Below, piece by piece: positions 11,993 to 27,093 of a DNA stretch of 46,351 nt. This DNA is from Trypethelium eluteriae. Taxonomy: Eukaryota. Both the position numbers and the translations under genes were made by a program. Location of the stretch: the NCBI GenBank assembly GCA_051942245.1, contig JAVECL010000133.1:1-46351 (forward strand), given 5' to 3'. Position 1 is the stretch's first letter; the number at the start of each line of letters is the position of its first letter. The notes below the pieces were generated by a model. The model had not been told where the DNA came from. It ran no database searches and saw nothing but the letters and a program-made list of their open reading frames with translations.

Positions 11993-12161
11993 TCTGTCGC
12001 CGATTGTCAACCTTGATTCGTAAATGACCTTGGAAGAAGTATAAGGCAGGGGTTAAGGCAGGGGTGAAGGGGCGTCAGTGTATGTGTTGCACTCACGCGT
12101 GAAGCTTCGAAGAGTTCCTTGAGATGACGCTAGCCAGAAATGCACGACTTCGGCCTTCGCG

Positions 12162-12167
12162 AGCTCC
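12162..12167 (-). promoter_or_regulatory. Candidate Rpn4-type proteasome element (GGAGCT) in the RPN6/SOF1 divergent promoter
   Basis: GGAGCT on the RPN6 strand ~170 bp upstream of its ATG. I recall this hexamer from Neurospora proteasome promoters; it is only 6 bp. Confidence 0.35.
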
Positions 12168-12232
12168 GACTGGCTGGAATTTGATATTCCACACAACTTT
12201 TCATCCACAATGCTTTCAGACCTCGAGGCAAC

Positions 12233-13681
12233 ATGGTGGGTGATCACAATGATTTCATGAGACCTTTAGCTGAATAAATGTACAGAAAATCAGAACACTT
12301 TCGCGCTCCACAGCCTCTCATCAAGCACCGGGCTCTAATGTCTCTCGACAACCCCGTAACCTTGATCCCGCTCTGCATCCTTTTGAATCGGCAAGGGAAT
12401 ACACTAGAGCCTTGAATGCGACCAAGCTAGAACGCGTTTTTGCCGCGCCTTTCGTAGGAGACTTCGGGAGAGGGCATGTGGACGGGGTGTACTCAATATC
12501 CAACGATCCTGGTTCCTTGGAAAGATTTGCCAGCGGGAGCGGTGATGTATGTTTGTACCTGGATTGAATAACTAGGCGTAAGGTAACTAATAACTCGATA
12601 GGGTGTCGTCAAAGTCTGGGATCTCCCCAGCAGAGACGAAGTCTGGCAGACGCAAGCACATGAGAACATTGTGAAAGGAGTTTGCTGGACGCGAGATCGG
12701 AGACTACTCTCTTGTGGCACAGATCGCGCCGTCCAGCTTTTCGATCCCTATGGTACATCACCTGGGAGCGCACCTATCGCGACGTATCTGGGCTCTGCTG
12801 CCTTCACAGGAATATCGCAAAAACGTTCAGAACCTAAGTTCGCCGCCTCGTCCAACCTAATCTCCATCTACGACCTCTCTCGCCCCTCCTCCACTCCCAG
12901 CGAAAGCTTCTCCTGGCCCACCTCCGTTGATACGTTCACCTCGGTAGCCTTCAATCCTGTCGAAACCGACCTCCTCGCCGCCACCTCCGCCGACCGCTCC
13001 CTCACCATCTTTGACCAACGAACCCACTCCCCCGCCTTCCCTCGCACCGTCCTCACCTTCGCTTGCAACAGCATCTCCTGGAACCCAATGGAAGCCTTTA
13101 ACCTCGCGGTCGCCTCCGAAGACCACAACATCTACCTATTCGACGTCCGCAACACCGCCCGCGCCCTCAACATCCTCAAGGACCACGTCGCTGCCGTCAT
13201 GTCCGTCGCTTTCTCACCTACGGGCGAAGAGCTTGTGAGCGCGAGTTACGACCGTAGCGTCCGGCTCTGGCACCGCGCCAAAGGTCACTCGCGTGATGTC
13301 TACACCACAAAGCGGATGCAGCGCGTCTTCGCCGCGACCTTCACGTCCGACAATAACTACGTCGTATCAGGTTCGGATGACGGTAATCTGCGGCTATGGA
13401 GGGCGCAGGCAGCGAGTCGAGCTGGAGTCAAAAGCGCGCGGGAGAGGCAGAAGCGCGAGTATGACGAGGCGTTGAAGGAGCGGTACAAGCATATGCCGGA
13501 GATCAAACGGATTTTGCGGCATCGGCATTTGCCACGGCAGGTGAAGAAGGCGGCGGAAATCAAGCAGGAAGAGCTGCAGGCGTTGAGGAGGAGGGCGGAG
13601 AATGAGAGGAAACATACGAAGAAGGGAAAGAAGAGGCCAAGGACCGAGAGAGAGAAGATGGTGCTGGCGAGGGAGCAATAA
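12233..13681 (+). CDS. SOF1: U3 snoRNP WD40 protein Sof1 (DCAF13)
   Basis: Exons 12233-12235 (ATG only), 12286-12546, 12602-13681. RNLDPALHPFESAREYTRALNATKLER, WD40 repeats, SGSDDGNLRLW and Sof1 tail HMPEIKRILRHRHLP. Confidence 0.95.
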
Positions 13682-14126
13682 TAGTGTTTGAGATGGAGTG
13701 GCGCATGAGTTGATGCATAGCGAGGAAATGGGATGGCATTCGCAGGCGCTTTAGATTGTCCATCAATCGGATTCGATGAGTCCACATAAACAAGGAGCAA
13801 TTGCTTGTGGCAGGCGCAGTGGGAAAAGCAAGCTAATGCATGTATGAAGTCTATAATGCGGCTATCTAAAATCTACATGATACACTGTATCCTTATTCGA
13901 TTTTTATGTAGACAGAAAAGCAGTAGCAGCGGCAAACTCGGCATCACCTCGCATCCAGCGAAATGGCAGAGAAAATTCCAACAGCGAGACTCTCAACGCA
14001 CCAAAGGGATGCAAATAATTGCCCTAAGAAAATTAATACATCCATGTCGGCTCCCCACCTCTCACCGAGCAGAGCCACTGTATGCTAAACTCCAATTGCC
14101 TTGCATATGCATCGGATATTAGCACT

Positions 14127-15969
<1,843 letters not shown>

Positions 15970-16261
15970 GTTGACAGATGGATCTGGCAGATGCTGCGAC
16001 TGCTAGAGGACAATTGAGTTAGATACAAGTGCACAAGAGCAGTGTGCAAGGGAAAGTAAAGCTGGTTACAATGAATGCAGAGTCCTGAAATGGCGAGAAA
16101 AAAAGTTGAATGCGGATCTGCTTCAGCGGGATGCAGGGTTGGTTCCTTAAGGGGGTGCGTCCGATAGCTTATTCTGCAACGGTGTCTTGAGCAGTGGTTG
16201 GACAGAACACAAGAGCTACAGATGTACCTCTGTACCCTTTGGCAGCGCATTACACCATTAT

Positions 16262-16306
16262 TTTCTGCTATTTCTGCTATTTCTGCCATTCCTGCCATTC
16301 CTGCCG
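16262..16306 (+). repeat. 9-bp tandem repeat (TTCTGCTAT/TTCTGCCAT/TCCTGCCAT, ~5 units)
   Basis: Directly visible in the ugmA-ugtA intergenic region. Confidence 0.8.
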
Positions 16307-17700
16307 CCAAAACCGTGCAGACGTGTGAGCCTCATGCCCTTAGCTGGACGATTCCTTGCCAACAGTCTCCCACGCTCCTACTGACGACGCCAATATTACT
16401 CGCGTCCGTATCCGTAATCTCTCTGCAACCCAATCTGGAGTCTATCTAAGCTGAAAATTTAAAGGCCTGTCTTGTGGCTCATTCAGGGGCTCCGAAGAAT
16501 AGGACCCCACCACGGCCACCACACTTCGACATGTCAGACACATTTGATCAGCCAGTCATAGCGGGCTTGGCCCTCGCGTGTAGTCCACCGCCTGGAAGAT
16601 CGCATGTAGGGCGGGCGCTAGAAAGCTTCTGAAGTGATACTAAAATCAGCCGTCGCGAGTAAAACGTAGCAGCCACCTTTCATTTGGTGCACAGACAGGT
16701 CAAATATCGCAATCATCATCCCCCAGCCTCATGTTTCAGAAAAAGGCTTTGATTCGGTGGGCTGTCTGCCGAGCGGACCCTGGTCAGCGTTCACACCAAG
16801 CAATCCCCTATCCGCTTTAGCTCTTCGCACGAAGACAAATATCGTAGGTCGGTTATGGCAAAATCGGGCATCCCAGGGGGAGGACGCCGTCTCCTGATGA
16901 CCTCATCAATCGTTGCAGTGCTCGGTGCTGCTTTACGGTGCTCGCTGGGGCACAGTCACTGATACGGATGCAGTAATGCTAACGGGGCACTCGAGCGGTG
17001 CATGGGAGTACGAACAAACGGCCACCGCCGTTGCACAGATCTTAGTTCACTGATAACTAGGGCTTGGTCCTGGTGGCACCAAGGGGGCCAGCCGGTTTGG
17101 CCACCACAGACAGGGAAGGGAATGTAATCTGATGGTGACACCCTGCATCGCAATCTACGAAGGGAATGGGGAAGGATGATCATCTGAAAGGGAGGACCCC
17201 GATGGCGAAGCTGGAATCTCGTGGGTGTGTGGACAGCTGAATGGCTACGATAGGGCGAGGTGCGTAGCAGGACTATTGATGATTCGATAATTGCGCGTTG
17301 CTTCGTACTGTGGTGGGCGGACGGTGTGGCTTGACTTGTCCGGCGGGAAAAATAATTAATAGTAGCAGCGAAAGAGACTAAGCAACCCAATCTGTTAGTT
17401 GTCCCAGAGCAGACTAGCGGGGCATGACCAACGGACCAGCAGGAAAGGGATCGCGGTTTCCCTAAATCTCCAACCTCAACCTGTCCTCACTCTTTTATCT
17501 CACTTTTTCTTTTAAGACTTGCCACAGGCACACGCTGGCCGTCTTGAACGTGCCTCTGTCAGAATCTCTCACTCAATCCTCAGCTTCATCCATCTCCTCT
17601 TCCAGCAACGTACCTCTTCGTCAACTCCGCGCGCCGCGCGTTCCACCACCAGCCTCCCGATCGTCCTTTCCATCATCTCCGCTCATCCACAGCAAGAACA

Positions 17701-19207
17701 ATGGAGAAGGAGAGAACTTCAGGCGAAATCGAACGGCCTGAACAGGCTGTTCCCGCCCTTCCTACCGTCAATCCGGTAACGGAAAAGCCAGAGTCTCCCA
17801 AGGCCACTTTCCACCCTGCCGTATACATTGCGTGAGTACCCCTGGCCCATCTCTACGGGTGGTCAATTTTTGATGGCAACGCTTGCTGATATCATCAACA
17901 GAACATGGATCTCGCTCAGTTCGAGTGTCATTATCTTCAACAAATGGATTTTGGACTCTGCCAAATTCAGTAAGTGTGCAATCAGAGTGAATAACACTAC
18001 GCACCACATGCTGACAAACATCACCAGAATTTCGTGCGTGGATATATTTCCCGTTCCTTTCGATCTTTAGCCGTTCTGACTTGAAATAGCTGTCTTTCTT
18101 ACCACATGGCACTTGCTCTTTGCAACGATAATGACCCAACTTATGGCTCGTACTACCAACATGCTTGATTCTCGGAAATCGGTTCCAATGACTGGCCGCA
18201 TTTATCTCCGAGCTATTGTTCCTATCGGTCTCTTTTTCTCTTTGAGCTTGATCTGCGGTAACATCACATACCTCTACCTCTCCGTTTCCTTCATTCAAAT
18301 GCTCAAGGTTTGTTCTTCGCGAACTATGGAGTGAAAAAGGTTGACGCTGATGGCTCATAGGCCACTACTCCTGTCGCTGTCTTGCTTGCAACTTGGTCTC
18401 TCGGTGTCGCACCGCCCAATCTCAAAACTCTTGGCAATGTCTCCCTCATTGTCATTGGTGTCATGATTGCATCATTTGGGGAGATCAGATTTGTCTTGGC
18501 CGGTTTCCTCTTTCAGATTGGCGGCATTGTCTTCGAAGCCATCCGCTTAGTTATGGTTCAGCGTCTGCTTAGCTCGGCTGAGTTCAAGATGGATCCCCTC
18601 GTATCACTCTACTACTTTGCGCCAGCCTGCGCTGCCATGAATGGCGTTGTCTGTTTGTTTTGGGAGATTCCGAGAATGGGCATGACAGATATCTGGAACG
18701 TTGGCATATTCACTTTGCTTGCCAACGCCGTTGTTGCCTTCCTGCTCAACGTGTCTGTGGTTTTGCTTGTAAGTTCGACTCTGATGGTGCCAGTTCCTGT
18801 GATACTGATAAGATCAGATTGGCAAGACTTCTTCTCTCGTCTACACACTGTGCGGTGTACTCAAGGATATCCTCCTTGTTATCGCGTCCATGGTCATCTT
18901 CGGTGATCCAGTTTCCGGCCTCCAATTCTTCGGTTACAGCATTGCCCTTGCTGGGTTAGTCTACTACAAGCTCGGTGGAGAGAAGCTCAGGGAATACTAT
19001 TCACTGGCTGGTCGTCAATGGGCCGAGTACGGTCAGACCCGTCCCGTGGCTCGCAGGATGATCGTTATCGGAGGCGTTCTTTTCGTGGTCCTCCTTGCGG
19101 TAGGTGGCTTTGGCAACCGCCTTCCCAGTGCATATAACCCGAACCATTTCGCTCAGAACACTTTCAACTCGCTCGTCGGGGACAAGGTTACCCCTCACGG
19201 TGGCTAA
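17701..19207 (+). CDS. ugtA: UDP-galactofuranose transporter (TPT/nucleotide-sugar transporter family)
   Basis: Multi-exon, with a 6-nt micro-exon at 18028-18033. [81 protein letters not shown]. Divergent from ugmA, as with Aspergillus glfA/glfB. Confidence 0.88.
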
Positions 19208-20054
19208 TCGCAAAAAGGTTCTGGAACTCATGGAGTGATCTAAGTACATCTTTCAAGGAACTCTCCAAATACTCTTGGTTCCCTCATTCCATCTTCTTCT
19301 ACCACGGATAGCATACTGCTTCGGCTTCAGCTTCGGCTTCGTAACAAGTTTAAATCTATAGACGGATGAGGATCCACATAAGCAGCGTTGGTACTGGCAT
19401 GGATCATTAATTATGGTTCTGTTTTAGCTTTTGTATTTCTAGTATGGTCTAGGCAAAGTGATAAAATTCGATCTGGAGATTTGAAAACAACTTCGCTTGT
19501 TATCTCTGCACTAAAAGTTCCAAAGTGACTGTCCTGAAGTCGGGATGGTGACGAAACCAGTAAAAGAACGTGACCCCGGCCTTAAACTCTTAGTATAGGC
19601 CGTAGCTTAAGAAAGCCTTCTGCTGAGGTTAATGAGGCTTGCTTGTAGTAGACCGAACAATGTCTTGTTCTATCAAATACCTTAGCTTTAGGGATTATTC
19701 TGGTGGGGGTGACGGATGTGACGGGTATGACAAAAGAGGAAAGAAGCTGGGATACCCCTGCTTAGCTTTGTTTACTGTTGACCAAAGCAAGCGCATCCAA
19801 ACTCCGCCAGGAACCGACCATTTCCCTGCAAAGATTGTCTGCTCACTTGAATCGCCCGCTTGCAAACCTCTTGCGTTCGTTTGCGAAAGTTATAGCTTCC
19901 TCACATTTTTGCGATTTCGGTACTTGGCCCATTCGCTATGCAATGACTGGGCGGCGACAGGTGCTCGCGCGTTAGCTCTTGCCGGTTACTACTGTCCGCA
20001 TTCCTCGACTACGCACACCCTGGAGCGGGATAATACATACAATTACCAGACATC

Positions 20055-23000
20055 ATGAGTTCAAGGGAAGGTTCTCGCGACCGAGAGATGGTGCGGCATG
20101 GGCATTCCTATTCCGAGACTTTGGGACGGTCCTCGGTTCCCATGTAAGTCTTCCTCCGTTGACCACTGACGACCAAAGTAATTGTCGCAATGAGGCTTCA
20201 GGAGACTAAGTCCTCTTCTTTCAAAACCTAGGTGGGATAGTTCAGATCCTGATCGGGCTCCGCCACCACTTCCTCTCAACCCAAGCTCACCCGCACCCAC
20301 CACCAAATCGACTGCGTCTGCAAACATTGCCGCGGCTGCTCAAGCACTCGCAGAAAAGGCACGAGAGAGCAATGGCCCCAGTCAATACACTTCCAATTCA
20401 TCGCCACAGAAGTCTCCTGAGAGGTCGTTAATTAAAGGCGCTCAGCATAAAAGATTGCAGTCCCTTCAGACCGGCAACGTCCGTGATTTACGTAGCTATT
20501 TGGACGGGTTTAAATCACAAGACAGATCACCAGAACGCTCTCCTACTCGAACTGCTACTCCCTCTCCAGTCAAAGATACCGAACAAGAAAGCTATTTTTC
20601 AAGCTCGCCGGAACGGAGCCCGTCTCGCGCAGAGACACCTACACCAGGGAGCCGGGATTTCTTGAGGGATACGCCGCAACTGAGACCCAGTACGAGGTCA
20701 ACCACGAGACCTATCCTCGGCGAGAACACTCCACCGTCATCGGCAACTATGCTAGCTCTCCAGACCATGTCGGCACGCGATGATGATACACCCCTTCCCC
20801 ATATTACCAATAATGCTTCCAAGTCGCTCAACACAGACAGCCTCTCCTCGCAACTTCTAAGTTTGACCAGCATAGCCACAGGTCTTCAAAAAGAAATGGC
20901 GCAGTTGAGCCGACGAAGTCGAGACAATGCCACCGATCTGATTGCCCTCAAAGAAGCCACCAACGCCCGTGACGAAGACATCCGCAAGTCTCTTCGTGAT
21001 CTTGCTACCACTATTGTGCCTCGCTCCAACAGCAGTTTCAACCTTGCCAATCACTTCCTCGATGCGAAGTCGCACTCGACTCCGCCTTCAGGCACCAAAT
21101 CCATCTCCCTCCCTCGTATTCCTAGTCTGAATAGCTTTACCGATGACCGGATTGGTAGTCCCAGTCCCTACTCTGTGGAAGGAGCGGCAAGCGTAGCAAT
21201 GCTCGAGAAGATCATCCGGGAGATGGTCACGAAAGAGGGTCAAGAGCGACTGCTGTCAACTCTGTCTGAGATGCAGGAGAAAACAAGCAAGGAAAATGTC
21301 GACACGGTGCGGAAAGTAGAACAGCTTGCAGACTTTATCAAAGAAAAATCGTCTAACAACGCGCTCGTCGCTCGAGGCAGCGGCGGTGGCGATGGCGGAA
21401 ACGGCGATGGGCAGGGTAAGCTCAGCTTCGAGAATATGCAAGCAGCAGTCCTAGCAAAGTACGAAGGGACAAATGGGAAGCCTTATGCGAGCCCTAAGGC
21501 CGCGGACTTCGTCAGCAACGAGATGCTCAAATTATTGAAGAAGATCAAAGATAGCACTGCCGAGTCAGGTGGAATGACGGCTGAAGTCAAGGCGCTGGTG
21601 AGAGAGTTGCGGGGAGAAGTCCTCGGGATGGGAAGAGAGATTGGTCGTAAGCTTGACGAAGTCGAAAGTTCTCGCGGTGGAGAATCAGCCACAGCCCATG
21701 ATTCAAACAAGGAAGAAGTGAACAGAATCATTGAGGATGGCCTCGCTGAGCTTAAGGACCATATGGACCGCGTTCTCCGCGAGAAGCGCCGCGAATCTGG
21801 TGCCTCACTTGTGTCCCGCCAGTCTGTGAACAACGAAGAAGTCTACCAAGTCGTGAGGCATGCTCTTGCTGAGCATCGTGAAGCAGACGGAGCCCGGGCT
21901 TTGGTCCCGACATCAACCGCGGAAAAGGAAGAAATCATCGCCACTGTGAGACAAGCCTGCGAAGACTTCAAGCCCGATATCACCATGGAGTACAACGGCC
22001 TACAAAACGAAGAGATCCTGACGGTCCTTAGAGAAGGGCTGGAAGAATATCAGGGATCCCGCGGGGAGTCAGCTGGGATCAGTCGTGAAGAGGTCATGGA
22101 CGCCGTTCAAAATGCCATGCAACATTTTACACCTCCTGCCCAACCTACTGAGATCGGGGAGATCAAGGAAGAGATACTTGCAGCTGTCCACGAAAGCCTC
22201 GAGGACATCCGCGCGTCTCCTCATGCAGCTGTTCCTCGTGGATTGGAGCTTACGCGCGAAACCGTCGTCGACGCCGTCAAAGAATGCCTCATCGCTCACG
22301 GGCCAGAGGCACCGCGCGAGCTCGAAATAAGCCGCGAGCATCTTTTCGCCGCCGTCAAGGCCGGTTTGGACGACACGCCGTACGGCGAACAGGTCTTACA
22401 TCAACTCCACGCACTCGTCCAGGGCATGCGAGACGAGTTCCAGGAATATTCGGCGGCGAACGGCCGTGACACCGAGCAGGTGCTTGATGCCGTCAAAGAC
22501 GGGCTAGAGTCACTTCGTGCGGAGATTGAATCTTACGTCGATCGCGCACAGGATGTTACGGGTAAAGACGAGATTGTGGACACAGTGAGGAGTGGTTTGG
22601 AGATGCTGAGGGTCGATGTCCAGGCGTATTGCGCGCAAGGCCCAACCGGAGATAATGCGTTGAGTAGATCGGAGCTGCTGGATTATATCAAGGCTGAATT
22701 CGAGCACCTGCATGAGACTGTTGCGGCTAAGGAGGGCACAATGACAAACAGCTCTGCATCCGGGGATAGGGGCGAGATGTTAGCCGCAATAAATGAGGGA
22801 TTAGCTGCTGTAAAGGCGTCAGCTGGAAGCCGGGCATTGGATGACGATAGCTTGGATGAGATGATGGATGCAATGAAGGAGGAGTTCGAACAACTTCGAG
22901 AGACGATGCTCACCGGGACAGCAGCCCAAAAGGATGAAGTGGTCGAGCTGATCAACGAGAAACTTGCAAGTCTTCATAGTCGACTTGAGAGTGGATCTGT

Positions 23001-26000
23001 TCCCAGTGGTGGAGCTTCGAGTGAAGAAGCGGTGAATCTCATCAAGGAAGAGTTTGCACATATGCGAGAGATCCTCTCCGGCATCGTTCTCCACTCCGGC
23101 TCGTCTTCGGGGGAGAACGAAGGTTTTGTCGATGCCGTGCGTGAGATGCTGGATGGAGTCAGGACCCAACTTGCCGGTGATGCAAGCGAAGCTGCGGCAG
23201 AAAATCTTGGTGCAATCAAAGAGGAGCTCGAACACTTCAGGACGTCCATAGATGAGAAAGGACTGACCACCGGTGACGACAAACCTCCGATCGATCAGGA
23301 AGTACTAGAGGCTATTCGTGGGGAGTTTGAGCATCTCAGGTCTACAATCGCCAACTCCATGGTTGGCGGCGGCAATCGAGCAGATACGGAAGAAGTGCTC
23401 GATGCAGTACGACTAGGTTTAGATGACCTTCGCTCACATTTTGAGAAAAAGCTTGACAGCTCCGAGCGTTCCATGTCCTCCACAAACGATATCCTTGACG
23501 CTTTGAACGAGGGTCTTGACAACATCCGCCTAGACATCACAAAGACCGCGGACAAACCAATCGACATGACGGTGTCTTACGAGATCCTTGACACCCTCAA
23601 GGAAGGAATGGCAAATGTTCGAGCGGACCTAGATGCTCTGAAGGGTCTTAGGACCGGATACGTTCCTTCTGGAGGGGAAGTCGTACTTGCAGAAGATCCA
23701 GAGAACGTTCTTAGCCGTGACATGCCCAGTGCCTCTCAAGCCGAGAACGGGGTGAAAGCAAGCGATCTCGAAAAATTTGAAGTGATGCTTGCCCAACTAA
23801 AAATCAAGATCGAAGCCATGGATGCAAACATGCAGGACTACTCTGCAGCCAGATCAACAGCGGGTAATGGTGATGGCGCCACAAAAGAAGACCTCGATCC
23901 CCTAGCAACAAAGGAGGATCTTGCAGAAGTCGTCACGAAAGGCGATGTCGCGGAATTGGCTACGAAGGTCGATCTTGCAGCCAACGAAGAATTGCTCAAA
24001 GAACTTCAAGTTGCCATGAATCTTGTCGCTGGCCGAGACCTCGGGGACACGGAGCCGCTAGCCAAGAAGGAGGATACAGATGCAATCGAGACACTTCTTC
24101 GCAATACCAAAGCTCTTCTTGAAGAAATGCCCATGTCTGACCCAGAGAAGACCTTCTGCAAGGATGACCTAGATGCAGTTGAAGCCGCCGTCAAAACCAG
24201 CAATGAGACTCTTGAAGGGCTGGCAGCCAAATTCGAAGGCAAGCCAGTCACTAAGGAAGACATTGAGGCCGTAGAGCTTCTGATGCAAGATGTCAAAATC
24301 GCGGTCGATGAGGTGAAAGACAAGATTCCCGAAGAAACGGATGAAGAAAAGATCTCTAAACCGGATATTGACGCCATTGGCGTACTCTGCACAACCATCG
24401 TCAACAAGATCTCGGAGTTGGAAATTCCTAACGAGGGCAAACTGATGTCCAAAGAAGATTCGGAGCAATTGAATGAGTTGCTCGATGAGTTCAGAAAAAG
24501 TCACGATAAGTTCAAAAGCAGATATGAAACCGACGTTGCTGTGACGGCGAAGGCCTTTGACGACCGCAGACAAGAGGCCGAAGACGTGATTGAGCGATTG
24601 AGAGACATTAAGAGCCTCCTCAAAGATTGCAAGAATGAACTCAAGATGAAAGTTGAAGAAGATGGTGAAGGCTTGACTGGAATTAGCTCGAAGCTGATTG
24701 CCATTGAGGAAGGGATTCAAGCGAACTCTGGCGTCGGGGCGGATTTGAAGGAGCTCATGGAAACTATCGATCGAGAGTTTGAGCGGGCACACGGCACGAT
24801 CGAGGTGGTGAAAGCTGACCAGGAAGAAAAATCTGTGGCGGCATTGGAGAAGCACGAAGAGCATAAGGATGCCATCATTGCCGGCATCGCCGATAAAATT
24901 GATTCTATTTTCGACGACCTCATGAGCAAATACGACGAAGCACAAAATGGCCTTGAGGAGAGAGCCAAATCCATGGACGAAAGAACAAATCAGCAGTCCG
25001 AAATGGCAACCGAAAACAAAGCAATTGCCGAAGACTTACGCCTAAATATCGAGACGCTTGGTACTACCGTGCAGGAGCTGCAAACCACAATTCCCGAGAC
25101 GTTTGACAGATTGAGCGACGACTCCAAGACGGTCTACAATCGGATCGATGAAACCTTCGGTAAAATCGAAGAAACTCATTTGGATGCGAAAGTTGAACAC
25201 CAGCAGACTCGCGAAGAAGTCGCCAAGACACTGTTCGCTATTGATGCTGTGCAGGGCCAGGTGACAGAGTTCAATCCCCAGTTTATGGACGCCCTACAAG
25301 AAGTGAAGAATCTCCTCCAGCAGCAGTACGACCATTCTCAACAGATGCATGAACAGACGCGTGCTGCAACAGATGAATCTCGGGCTCAGGGTGAAGACAT
25401 CAAGAATTTGGTTTCTAGATTCCACGACCTGCCAGCGCTTGCGCCAGCTCCATCAGCTTCTCCTGAGATCGCTCCGTCTTTGGATGATGGGCCAATCCAC
25501 GAGAAGCTAAATAAGCTTGTTGCGGCATCAAAAGAACCCCAGGAGAGATATGACGATGGACCAGTGCATGAGAAGTTGGACAAGCTCGTTGAGCAAGCCA
25601 CTGAAGCCAAGGAAGGAATTTCCCAACTGGATCGCTTGGACAAAATTCACGAGCAAGTAATGGCTACTGCCGCCGAAGTCACCGCTTTTGTCGAAATCCA
25701 GAGCAAACTCGTGTCAGCCGAACATGACAATAAAGCTAGGGAAGCAGAGGAGGCCGCTTCTGCTCTTGCACGCCGTACTGCTGAAAGAGATGCCGTTGAA
25801 GCAAGCATTCTTGCTTTGAACACAGAGAAGGACACTCTACAGACTACCGTCCAAGCCTTAAGGTCAGAGTGTGATGGTCTAGTGTTACAAAAGAACAAGC
25901 TCGTGGCCGAGGAATCTTCCCTCAAGACGGCCCTAGACTTCCGACGCGAAGAGCTACATATAATGGATGAGCGAGCCAGCGATCTGGAACACCGCATTTT

Positions 26001-27093
26001 GGACAGTATCATGAACCAGTCACGTGCCATGCTCTTGAACAACCAAGCACGGAAGAAGAAGCCGTCATCCACGCAAGGACGCGACCTCCGTCGGATACCC
26101 AGCAACGCGTCAACGACATCAACAGTCAACGCAATGGAAAGCAAAAGGCCATCCACTCTTGATACAGCTCATTCAATGGCGATGAAGACTCGTCCACCAG
26201 TGCGCCGTGGAGGGGCTCCGGTCTCGCAGAGTAACTCACCCGCCAATCGTCGTATCATGTCACTCGGCCAGATTTCAAACAACACCCCGACAGGGGCTTC
26301 TTCACGCCCGGTCCCGACAGCATCTCTCACGCAGGGCCATGGCGTTGGGGGTCTGAAGCGCAGTCACAGTGTGAAGACGCAACAGCTCCGAAAGTCATCG
26401 TGGGGTGGCCGGCGTAGTAGCATCCTGGAGACTAATAAAGAGAACGAGGCCTTCAGTGAGGAGAGTGAGCTCGAGATCCAGCGTGAAGGGCCTCTCCAGA
26501 TCGAGGACAAACCTGTCGAAGAGGCCCCCAAGCTTCTCCTAGAGGGCTCGGCGAGAGACCGAGACCTTGAGTCCATCGAGGACGTCGAAGATGGAAGCGA
26601 TACGCAAACCGAGCGACGTACCAGCCTTGCTGAAAGTAGCCTTACATATGGCACTGGTACTGATGGAGGATCATATACGGAGGGCATCACACCGTCCGAG
26701 GATCGTCGAACAAGTTATGGAACCAGCGACCTATCGTATGGGTCAGGCTCGTACATCACGGGCAGCGACTTGACTGACCGGCGGACAAGTTATGGATCTA
26801 CCATCCGATCTACTCTCGGAGCGCTCACAGACGCTGGTGAGGTTAACGGAGGTGAAGGAGAAGTGGAGCCCGAGCCAGAAGGAGAGAAGACTCAGGATGA
26901 AGGGCAATTGTTGCTCGAGAATGGTATTCAAGTGGACGACAAAGCGATAGTGATTCCGGAGGAGCAGATACCAGATGAGAAAAAGGGATTGCAGCTCTTT
27001 GCACCGCCGAGTGATAGTGGACTTGGTACGGACCTACCTACAGCCACGGCATTGGGCGGAAGTGACTACTTCAGAAGAGCTGCTGAGGAATAG
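20055..27093 (+). CDS. Very large (~2,300 aa) helical-repeat/coiled-coil protein of unknown function (type often annotated 'chromosome segregation ATPase family')
   Basis: Exon 20055-20143, intron 20144-20231, then open to 27093. N-terminal VPMWDSSDPDRAPPPLPLNP, RPILGENTPPS and C-terminal PSDSGLGTDLPT motifs. Acidic heptad-rich body; no Walker A seen. Confidence 0.85.

Noticed and set aside
20055..27093. SMC/ATPase identity for the giant coiled-coil protein
   Set aside because: No Walker A/B or hinge motifs are visible; the resemblance is generic coiled coil.
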